DNA of 36,678 bases from the NCBI GenBank assembly GCA_008636045.1, contig SNRW01000039.1:1-36678 (forward strand), written 5' to 3'. The stretch's first letter is position 1, and every line of letters starts with the position of its first letter. This document shows, piece by piece, positions 25,701 through 36,678 of the stretch. A model generated the notes under the pieces. That model saw only the letters and a list, made by a program, of their open reading frames with translations. It was not told where the DNA came from and ran no database searches. The DNA comes from Streblomastix strix (taxonomy: Eukaryota). The translations under genes and the position numbers were made by a program.

Positions 25701-28700
25701 TTTTTGTTACATAAAATAATCTAATTTCCATCTAAATTTTTTTCTATCTCACTTAATTTATTTTATCCATTCTTTTAATCCAATAATTATACGTATGATA
25801 ATGATGAATTTATTTAATTATTTAATGCATTTTTATTTTCTTAATGCCATGATCTTCCATTGAAGATAATTGTTGAATGATTTTATGGTTACTATTAAGA
25901 ATTTGGAGAAACTGAATTTGATGGAGATTAATTAGAGTATATATGATTTAGATCAAACTAATTGTTATTATTAAAGATTATTCTACTATTCATTTCATCC
26001 ATTTCTTGAAATTTCATTCTCATTTTTCTCATTTAATTCTTAATCTGTTTGTTTCCTCCCATAAATAAAACATTCACATCAATTTCATTCTCATCATCCA
26101 TATCAATTCTATTTCTTTATAATCCATTATCAATATCATAATTATATTAATCTTCCTCATTTTCATATCCTTCATTCTTAACTTTGAACTAAACCAAAGA
26201 TTCAGTCAGTTTCCTCACAATAATCTCAACTGTGTGAAATCTGAGTGCAAATGAATAAAAAGGAGCAAAATTTTGTCTAAACATCAAATTAAGGACTCCA
26301 ACCACCCATGAAAGAGAATCAATGTTGTTCTCCCTTCTTAAGAATAGAAGCATCTTTCTCATAAGTCCTCTTCCATGATGGCGCTGGCAGTGAGATAATT
26401 ATCTATATTGTTAGAATTATTGGATGTAATGATCGTCTATGTGATGAACATTTACATATTAAGATGACTTATTTTGGGAATTATACAATAAGTAGTTTTA
26501 TTATTTATTGTTTTGTACATATGAATAAGTTTTAGAATTCTGAATTTGATTGTTTTATATTTAGCTTAATTATTATTTTATTGAAGATAAGTTTTGCTCA
26601 GATTTGTATGGGAGTGAAGAAATTAAGCCATAATTTACTCTCGACTTGTTATTATGTTTTTATTTCTCCTTGTTTTATTTCTTTCTTTTTCTTTTACTTC
26701 TCTTTATAACTATATTTGTATTCTTATTATTACATTTCACTTCTCGTTCGCCAATTAATCGAAGAATATTACCTAATAGAAAATCAAAATAAAAAGAAAA
26801 ATTATATAATAATAAAATATTTTCATTTTATTAATTTTACTCTCATACCACCCAAAGCTTATTTCCAATCTCCAATCTACTCTTAATACGATAATTCTAA
26901 ATCAGTTTCCCCTTCAAAGTCCGAATTGAAATAAACTGAATCAATTGAAGAAGAATTAGATGAATGATCTGAATATTCTTCTTATTCATTTTTATTGTAG
27001 TTGTTTTATTTATTGTTATATTCATCTTCATCTTCACTTTCATTATTCTCCATCTCTTCTTCAAATAATATTCTTCTATTTCCTTATAAGATCTTTTTCT
27101 ACTATTCTTATATTAATAAACTATTATTACTAATTGATTTCTATTTATAAAATCCATCTTTTCTTTTCTTTATTCTTTCTTCTTCAATACAAATATGATT
27201 CTATTCTTTCTAATTATAAACAACATCAACTTCTTCAGCTCCATCATTATCATATATATCTTCATTATTATCTTCTGCTTCTTCATCTGAATACTAAATA
27301 TCAGGTTCATTGACTTAATCTTCTTCTTCATACTCTTAACAATTTCTATCAAATTATTGTACTCTTTCTCTCCGTTTCTAAAACCATCTTGATCTAAACT
27401 AATTCAGATCTATTTCTTCTGCTCCATCTTCATCTTAAATTTCATCATCATCTTCTTCTTATTCTTCTCCAAATGCCATTTTATATGAATAATGAGGTAT
27501 GATTAAATCAGATTTCAATTATTAATCTTTTTCTTTGAGTTAATTTTTCATTTTTAGGTTATTAGAAATATCACTAATTTAACTATTTTCACTTTCTTCT
27601 TCTTCAGTACTACTACTCTCATCAATATCATCTTCTTCATCTTCATCTTCTTATTCACTTGATTCTAAATCTGAATCTGAATATGAATAAGATTTTTATC
27701 TTTATTTTATCTCATTATTACTTCTATTCATTTAATTTACTTTCTATGTCTCATCTCCAATTAATATTCCTTATTCTTTCTCTTTCAATCTTCTTTCTCT
27801 TTCTTTACATCTTTTCTTCTTCTATTCAATATAGAACTGATCAGATACATTCTCATTCCATGAATCAATACTTAAATCTCCTGTGCATCCATATTTCTGA
27901 TGACCTTCACCTACAATCTCAGTTCTCATTCCATATAATATGAAGTTGATTCTATTTATTCTGTCATGTCTGGTGAATGATGAGGAAGAAGAAGAAGAAG
28001 AAGAAGAAGAAGAAGAAGAAGAAGAAGAAGAAGAAGAAGAGGAATCTGAATATGAATCAGTGTTTGAATCATTATTTTCATGTTTGATACTCTAAGTTTA
28101 GGGAGAAGATTATCTGTTTGACTTTATTTTAATATTTTAATTCTTTGAAGGTGAAGTGTTTTAATTGTGTGAAATATTAAATATTTGAGTTCTATTGAAA
28201 TGTTTTTTATGTTATAATTCTTATTCATTGTTACTATTCCTTCTTCTTCTATTTCTCAATTATAAATTCTTTTCATTCTTTCTTTTTCTCACATTAATGA
28301 TCTTCCTTTCTTTAATTTCTTAATCTTTCAATTCCTTTATTCTTTGTTTTTCTAATTTCTTTTCTTTTCTCATCTATTTGTATCTTCTCCTTTATTTCTT
28401 AATCTCTCTTATTCCTTTTCTTGTCGCTCTATGACTCAAATATAAATCCATTGATCTCCATCCTTATAATTCTTCTCTTGTAAAGAATAATGTTGAAATG
28501 AATATATTATCTGATGGGACTTCCATAAGTGAGTGAATCATATGAAATATCTGTAATCTTAATGAAAGCTAGAAATCGTATGATGTGATGTGTTTGTTTG
28601 TTATTTAAGGCATCGTATTTGATCTGGGTTATGATGTTGATGTTGAAGGTGTGATAGTTGTTGCTGTTATTGATTCAGTTGTTGCTGATATTGTTACTGA

Positions 28701-31700
28701 AGTTGCCAAAGCAGGTGATGCGATGTTTGTTATATTCAATGTTGCTTGTCTAATCTATCCTGGATTTGAATTGGTATTTGAATTATTAGAATTGTCGTTG
28801 TCAATTGATTATATTTGTTGAAGTACCTGTCTTTGTTATTGTATTTATGAATTATAACTGATGTTGCTATTATTCACAGTTATATTTGGCGGTAAGAGTA
28901 AATTTTGTGAATTTAAAGATGAAATGTGTTAATCATCAGATTGAGATGAATAAGATTATGATTAAATTGAGATTTATTAAAATGGAGAAGGAGAGACTTA
29001 TTAAGAAGATGAATAATTAGAAGAATGTGCAGAATCATTCTGAAGATCATCAAATGTTAATATTTCAGGAGTATTGAATCCAATTATTTCTGAATTTGAT
29101 AATGTAGATAATGTTTATGGAGTTCGATTAGATTATTGAGATTAAGTTTGAGTCTGAGGTGTGATTGAATCATAAGGAGAAGAAGATGAAGATTGTTGTT
29201 GATTTGTATTTGGTGTTTATATTTATTATATTTAATCAGAATGATTTCGAGGTGGTTATAATAAATCATTTTATTATTCATTTATCAATTCTTCACTATT
29301 ATCATTTCTTCTAAGTAAATCAGGAGTAACAATATAATTTCTTCTTAAATTGATTTCAGCAACTTCTTCTCTTGTAAGTGTCTTGTTCATATCAAATTGA
29401 TATATTGAAGATTATTACTGTGTTGTGGTAGAAGAAGAAGAAGTTTACGAAATGAAGTTATTTTGAATTGTTTATTAATTCATTAATGATGGACTAATAT
29501 AATTGTTTGAATTATTACTAATAATGTTTGATTGTGCTTATTACTGATTAGAAAGCGAAGATTAATTATTTATTCCATTATTTCTGCTTGTATTTAATAT
29601 ATTAGTTGGTGTTTATGTATTAGTTTAACTATCACTTACTTATGAATTCTGTGATTGAGTCGGAAATAATGTTGATTATTACTATAATTATGGCTAAGTT
29701 GATATATAAACACCCATAACTGATCTCCATATATTAGAATCATCATTCTATTAATTAGATCTCTATTCCCTTCTTGTATCATTGGCCAATCTATCCATAA
29801 CTTCTTCAATCTCATTGAGCATCTCAGATGAGCCAAACTCATATGTGCAATTAAATGTATTGGGCTTCAATCTCATTGCCTAATCAAACAATGAATCAAG
29901 TACTCTTATTACTCCAGCATAAATAAGACGCTATATAACTATCCTTTTAGTCCAAAGCCCTTATGCTAAGTGAGCCAATACTGATAATGCATCCACAATG
30001 AAGTATGGATATGTTCTGAGTGACTCTATTAATCTTTTTCCTCCTCCATCCATTGATCCAGTAATGTCTGCTGAAAGAAGCTGTTATGATTGGCTTTATT
30101 CATTTTGAGTATTTAAATCTGATATTCTGATTGAGGCAACATTGTTTAAGTTTCCAATATGATTATTAGTAACTGAAGAAGAAGCTGAAGTAATTGTCGC
30201 ATTTTAATGCATGTTATTAAATAGAGACTGTTATTACTATCCTTCCTATACAGAAATATTATTAGTTGAAGTGATACTGGTGCTATTTAATTATTCTCTA
30301 TTTCTTTCATTATTATCAGAATTATTCGTATTATATACATCATTAATAACTCCATCAGTATCTGCATCAATATCCATATCTTATCCATCATCATCATCAT
30401 CATCTTCATCTGGGCTCCATTCTTCTGTATTTTATTGTATTAATTAATTATTATTCTCATTATTAGTATTATCCTAAACTGATGATGGGCTGTTCCCTCC
30501 AAATATTAGGAATTATTCAGCATCATTTTATTCTTATTAATCAGTGTTTCTTTAATATGGAATAAATGGAGATTATATAACAGATGTTGTATTATGATTA
30601 TTGTTACTATTGTTATTTGGATGATTATTGAGATTTGAACCAATATTTGTTGTTGTTTCTGTTGCAGCTGGTGTTTGTATTTCAGTTTCTGGTACAGATT
30701 CAGTTCTAATTTATAATTAAATTGCAGGAGATGCATTTTCCCTGGTTTGTATCTGGTTAGTTGACAGAGTAATTGTTTAATTATCTCTTTATATTGAACT
30801 ATTATTAGATGCAATTGTTGAATTGGATGCAATTGATGTTAATGTTTAAGTTGTTGCATTATTTAATCTATTATTATTTAATTTATTAGAGTTCAACTAT
30901 GAAAGTCCAAATGCTGTATGAGGTAATATTATATCTAAAGCATCAAAACTATCCATTTCAGAATACCATTCCTATAATTATTGTATTGATTATCCAACTG
31001 ATAAACTTGAACTATGTAAATCACTTCTACTGTTATAATTAATCTACATTCGCTATCTGAGATTCTACAAATAATCTATCCTTCTTAATAAAGGTTTTAA
31101 TATTGATATTTCTTATTAATGAAGAACTGAAGCAAAATCAGGGAATTAATGTTACATTGATTGTGATTCTTATTATAACTGCTATAATCGTGTTTTTGCA
31201 TCCATTAACTAACCTTAGAATTATTAAAGCCAATCCATTTAACATTAAAACATTCTAATATACGGTGAAAGTTCTTATTAAGTCCTTGATTGTGTAATAT
31301 AAGTGAGTACAACTACATTATTAACTTCTAATATTGGCAATGATGTTGTAAAGTGTGGATGACATATAGCAAGACAATGTTCAATAAAACCTTATTGTTG
31401 ATCTTTATCTTCATGTTGTAATAAACTATTAAGCAATGAAGGTGAAGATTATTTCTCTTTATTTGTTTCAATTCCTCCAATTCCATATATCTCTGAATTA
31501 GATTAATTTTCTATAGTTCTAGCAGATATAAGATTTAAATCCAATAAGTCAGCATTCATTGGTAATTTCCTATTATATATTGATGCTTAGTATCTCACTG
31601 TTGAATATCCATGTTATGGGACCAATGTTAATGCAGGAACTGATTATTGCTGAATAGGTAAGTATTAATCTGAAAAGAAGAATACTAATATACGCATCAT

Positions 31701-33506
31701 TACAGCTAACTATCTTGGACTTAGTTCTTATAAGAAAGGAAGAAATGAATTTGAATCAGATGTTACTAATTCTGGAGTAAGAGGTGGGCATGACATATAG
31801 ATTTATGGTTTACTGGTTGTTGTTGATCCAGCAACATTATTACTATACAAAAATTTTATTTTATTTGAGGATAAATTCTCAAGTGGATATAATTCTTCTC
31901 CTTCTTTATCTTCATCTTATTATTCATCTTCATCTTCATCTTATTATTCATTGAAGTATACAATAGACATCATATTTGATATACCTTTTATTCTAATATC
32001 AGATTTCTTTTTCATAATTAAACTTAAATTATTCTCAGTCCTTTGATAGTCCTAATTTGTTTCTAATTAATCTCCATTTTCATCGTCTCCAATAGTATCT
32101 GTATTATACGAACTGAAATCAGCTATTTTAGGCAAAGACTGCTGAGTTGAAGCAACTTCATAAACTAATGCAGTAACAGCTGTGAATAAAGTTGGGTTGT
32201 GCAGAAATGGAGAAATAAGACCTAAAAGATGCCTGTCACGAAGAAATGTTAATCTAAGTGATCCATACATGAAATGTAGTTCAAACATCAAATGAAGACC
32301 AGACATCATCATTTTAATGGTTTTTGAATAGGGAAAGAGTTTATTTGGTTTTATTATCATTTATGCCAGATTCTATTACGATCTTTAATTAGAATATGAA
32401 TTATTTGTATTTAGACGAGTAATTTATTATAACCTATCTTACATTATTCCAATTGATGGATGATGATCATCAACAGTTTGATTTGGCATATAACTTGAAT
32501 ATGTTATTCCTCTGTTTCCTTTACTATTCAAACCTTTTGTATTTATTGTTATTGTCCCAATTATTACAGTATTTCTGAGAAACTCTCTGACAAGTGGTGA
32601 TGAATATGCATTTGAACTTAAATTAAATGCTCCAGGCTAATTTGCAAGTTCGTGTAAAGTATATGTCTTATTAATTTAAGTCTATTGTGAATTAAGAGAT
32701 TCTGTTGATTGACTTTCCTCAATTTATTTAAGTACTTATTACATCTATTTAATTATATGATTAGGATAATATTATAGGGATAAAGCCATAGAATACAATC
32801 TCTAAGGGAATGAAGCACTTTTAAACTTTGATACAGACTATCTTGAATAATAAGAAGATTAAGTAGAAGAAGCAATGCTCTGTTATATTCTATTAAATAG
32901 AGGAATAATAACATCCGTTAAATGGCCCATAAACCCAGATGGATTTCTAATATTCCCTCCTCTGACAATGTTATTATTAATTCTATTTCCTCTTTATGGT
33001 TAAATTAGATCATCATTATATTATTGAACTAAATCAGTTATTTATGAAAGCAATGACCTACTTTAAGATGTATATTAATCTTACGAATTTGATCCTGATG
33101 AAGATTATCTTTATTCAATGGCTTATATTTCAGCATCATAATCAATCAGATGAGAATGTGGAAGGACAACAATCTGATGGAAATGCAGTATGCAAAGCTC
33201 TACTATCAATCTTTTAAGGATATCTATACCGTTATATAGAGCAAAACTTTAACTTGGATTAAATTCAATTCCAACTTGATCTTCTTGCAATAAAAGTTAG
33301 TCAAGTTAACTTACAAGTCCTTCCACATGTCTGGGGTCATCACTTGCTAAAAATGGTTCAATTCCTTGAAGTTGTTAACTAAGACTACGACATCCAAAAC
33401 GCCTTCGTATAATGTTATTTTTTTCTACTTCAGATGCAAGATTTTCCCATTTCTCTGGGTCTTCTTAAGCTTCAAATAAAAGTTATACAATATTGTTATC
33501 AGCCAT
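22763..33506 (-). CDS. TRPC4AP: TRPC4AP/TRUSS (DUF3689) homolog, ~3555 aa, expanded by low-complexity inserts; single intron 26773-26848
   Basis: No in-frame TGA over 10.7 kb. Blocks occur in the same order as in TRPC4AP: VLAHLAQG..KRIVIQRL...GVIRVLDSLFD; LSLRLQIFHMIHSL...FFTREEL; RGLMRKMLLFLRRE...SW; KSLVHVLGDCVRFS; VFSINTILVLL; LLHNLCCLIKSWQQMY....FSRTTGISFADW. Confidence 0.8.
27985..28038. repeat. (GAA)18 microsatellite encoding poly-Ser (TCT) in the minus-strand TRPC4AP-like CDS
   Basis: Perfect trinucleotide run, in frame as Ser codons. Confidence 0.95.
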
Positions 33507-34547
33507 CAGAATAAATCTAAAATTTGAAAAATATAATTGATACAACAAAATTAATAAATTTGAATGTGATAAAACTATAATATGTTTATTCGAGAAAATT
33601 TGCTATGTTTTGAGTTTAGAATTAATGTTTTTTGTACAAAGTATATAATAATGAATATCCGTGAAAGTTAAATATTAATAATTTTAATTAAACCTTAGGT
33701 TAAAGTATGAAATCAATTTTTTGTAATTCAATTAATAACTCTAGATTTTTTCTAATTTTAAAGTAATGTATGCATTAATAGAGTATATTTAGAGTACATA
33801 GAATCAAACATACCTATGAAACAATGGAAAGAAATGGAGAAAAATTCTGGTTCTATAATATAATCTTGCGAATTATATTTTAATGTTATTTTTTATTTTA
33901 TTTTATTATTACTAATTCATAGAATATTTTAATATTAATGTAAACCTTAATTATTTTCTTACCAAAAAATTTAATTTCTTTTTAGAAAATAAATTATTTC
34001 TATCAAAAATATTATAATTCAATATTCTAAATATTTATCACAGCTTTATTGAATAATAAGAAGAAGAAGTTAATAAGATAGAGAAATAGAAAAATAATTA
34101 GTTATTTAAAATGATGCGTAACTCATTAATAAAATATTTCGCATTGAAAAATATAGTTTTTGTCAAATAAAGAAGAGCAATAAGGATAAAATTTGAAAAC
34201 ATTTGTTAATAAATAACGTAAATATTAAAAGTTATTAAAGAAGTAATAATCAAACAGATCAATGAACAGAAACAAAAGTCAAGGAAGACTAAATGAGTGA
34301 TTATAACTTAGAAGGTTTGATACAACATTCAATATAAGGCTTAAATATATACATAGTAATGAATAACAAGTTACAATTATTAACATCTCATAATAAGTGA
34401 ATAGAAATTAAGAGTATAAAGTAAAAAAGACTAGGAGTTGATGTAAAAGATGAATATTACTACAAATTGTCTATACACAAAAATTGTGTAAAGAGGAATT
34501 AATAATAAATGCCTTATAACTCAATTTCAAAAATCCTTCTATCGATT

Positions 34548-36620
34548 TCACTCTTTATTTGCATCTGCTTCCTGACCTCGGTCTCCATCTGTTTTCTATT
34601 AATTTGAAGGTATGGATGTTTATTATTATTGTTGTTGTTGTTATTACTATTGTTATTGTTATTGTTGTTACTATAACTATTATTACTGTATGAATTGCAA
34701 TTACTGTTACAACTACTATTGCTGGAATTGCATTTAAGCTTAGGCTGCCTATTATTATACAGGGTTCGACTGAGATTAATTAGGTGGTGTTTGAGCTACA
34801 TTAGCATTAACATTAGTATTAGCATTTGTATTGACTTATTAATGAGGGGGCTGAGTAAATAAACTATTTGGATGTGAAAGAAGACTATTCTAAGTCTATT
34901 ATTATTATTATTAAGATTGCTGAGGTTGGGATTGTCCAGCTCCAACAACCTTTGCCTGATGTGTTTGAAGTTATGTCTGGCTATTAGAATTAGGGTTATT
35001 AAAGACAAGCCCTTATTAATGCTAAGGAAACTAAGAAGATATTTATCCTGCTTATTAACCTGGTGTTGTTTGTTGATTTGGTTTCTATTAGAATTGTTGT
35101 TATGCTGTAGTTGCTGATGCTTATAACTGTTGTGCTTGTGATGTTTGAGTTTATTATTGTTGAAGTGTCTGTTGAGAAGGAAATGCTCCATAACTGCCAC
35201 TTGCTCCTGATGAATTCTAATTTCCAATTCCAGATCCATTTCCTAAGATTCCAACTTCTGATCCTGCATTTGCAAATTATCCAATTGATGTTGGTATGCT
35301 ACTCCCTTGCTATTAATAATGCATAAATTATTACTATTATATGTGTGATGCCTGTGTTTAAGGATGCAATTACTATTACCCTTATTAGTTATATATTGAA
35401 TCTAATCCTAATCCATTAATACCAATTGAATCTAATTAATTAGCACCAGAACCCGGAATTGAAGATTATGCAGCTGTTTGAACACTTGATATGCCACCTG
35501 CCCATTATCCTATTTGTGGATTCCCAGTGAAGTCATCAAATTAATTGATGTCATATTATGGATTAGTTGGTACTTATGGATAACCACCTCTTCCAATACC
35601 CTAATTTATATTAGAACCAATCCCTAATTAAGAAGCATTCATTCCTCTTCCTTATATACCACCTCTTCCAAATCCTTAACTAGCAAATTGATTTGATCCA
35701 ACATTCATTCCTTATATTCCACGTCCAATCCCACTTCCAGTTCCCCTTCCTTCCATTAAATCAAATCTTCTGTTCATTTATCCAGATTAATTACCAATCT
35801 ATCCAGGAATCTAATTGAAATCACCTCTTCCATATCCATATTAAGAAGAGAAATCATTCGTTTACCCTATTCCAGTACCCATCTAATTAATCATTCCTCT
35901 TCCTCCAGCACTATTCATTCCAAACATTTATTATTAATTGGATCTCTACATCATTGATTAATGTTATCCATTCTATTACCATCCTTATCCCATTTATTTA
36001 TTAGCTCTGTCTGACTTTAGTGATACTTGTAATAATCTCCCATTACAAGGTACTTTATCCATTTATTATATTGCTTGGTTCGCTGATCTCTCATCTTTAA
36101 AATTGACAAATCCAAACAGACGAGACACACCATTGGCATCTCTTGGTACAAATACAGATGTTATTTCACCAAATCTGTTAAAGTTCTGCATTAAAAACTA
36201 TTCTTCACTTCCATGTGGTATGTTGTATATGAATACGCAATATTACCCATGTGCAGATGTATTATTCTATCCTGGTTGGTGCCTCTATTACTATTAAGGA
36301 CCACCCCATTGCCCTTGTCCAGAAGGTGATCCTCTTCCAGGAATAGAACCTTACCTGCTGTTTCCTCTCCCAACTCCAGGTAGAAGACCATCTGCTTATT
36401 CAAAGTATCCTCCTGAGCTGGGTCTGGGACCTTAATGACCCATTTTCTATTCTCCATCTGATCTTGGATGTCGAGATTATTTATCCTTGCTGTCTTCTAT
36501 CTTTACTACTAAAGTTTTGCCCATGAAAGGATGGCTATTGAGATTTTACACAGCCATAAGTGCTTCTGAGTGTTGTGACATTCGCACGAAGCCCACACAA
36601 CGCGACTTTCCCTGAGTGTC
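34548..36620 (-). CDS. ELAV/Hu-like RRM protein, last exon (690 aa; 5' exons lie beyond the window end), with a long G/R/Q-rich low-complexity tail
   Basis: TAG acceptor at 36623-36621. End of one RRM: KSRCVGFVRMSQHSEALMAVQNLN...LVVK. Complete RRM GQYCVFIYNIP...FGEITSVFVPRD...FGFVNF...GRLLQVSLKS resembles Hu RRM3. Open to TGA 34550-34548. Confidence 0.8.
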
Positions 36621-36678
36621 TATAAATGAAAAATATATATATTAAACTAATTTTAAAATAAATATAACAAGATTTGCA

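Noticed and set aside
33507..34547. Possible small gene in the 1-kb gap between the ELAV-like and TRPC4AP-like genes
   Set aside because: Very AT-rich with no protein-like frame or RNA motif recognised; most likely 3' UTR plus promoter.
1369..36457. Most ORFs in the supplied six-frame track
   Set aside because: They were computed with the standard code. They are antisense or off-frame shadows of real genes, or short fragments of them between TAR (Gln) codons.
1..36678. General reassignment of TGA (all three stops recoded)
   Set aside because: Only one internal TGA was found in roughly 10,000 codons, Trp uses TGG, and genes end at TGA where homology ends.

Overview
This is AT-rich, intron-containing eukaryotic nuclear DNA using a non-standard code: TAA/TAG = Gln and TGA = stop. 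That is why the standard-code ORF track is fragmented. The code, the short introns, the Q/N-rich inserts and a TmcB-like receptor ending in a hemerythrin-like domain suggest an oxymonad such as Streblomastix (inference; a ciliate or other TAR=Gln lineage is not excluded). Manual translation gives nine genes: the 5' part of a DNAH1-like dynein heavy chain (-), a ~1840-aa multi-TM TmcB/C-like protein (+), an unknown protein (-), U2AF65 (-), DPH1 (-), TAF13 (+), NOL10/ENP2 (+), a ~3555-aa TRPC4AP homolog (-) and the last exon of an ELAV/Hu-like RRM protein (-). Most notable: (1) DPH1 is bracketed by ~550-bp, ~95% identical non-coding inverted repeats, each lying just upstream of a neighbouring gene's start; (2) NOL10 has a single in-frame TGA with 545 open, conserved codons after it; (3) the hemerythrin domain lacks two His ligands; (4) the U2AF65 UHM domain is split by a ~385-aa insertion. 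All family calls come from recalled motifs, not database searches.
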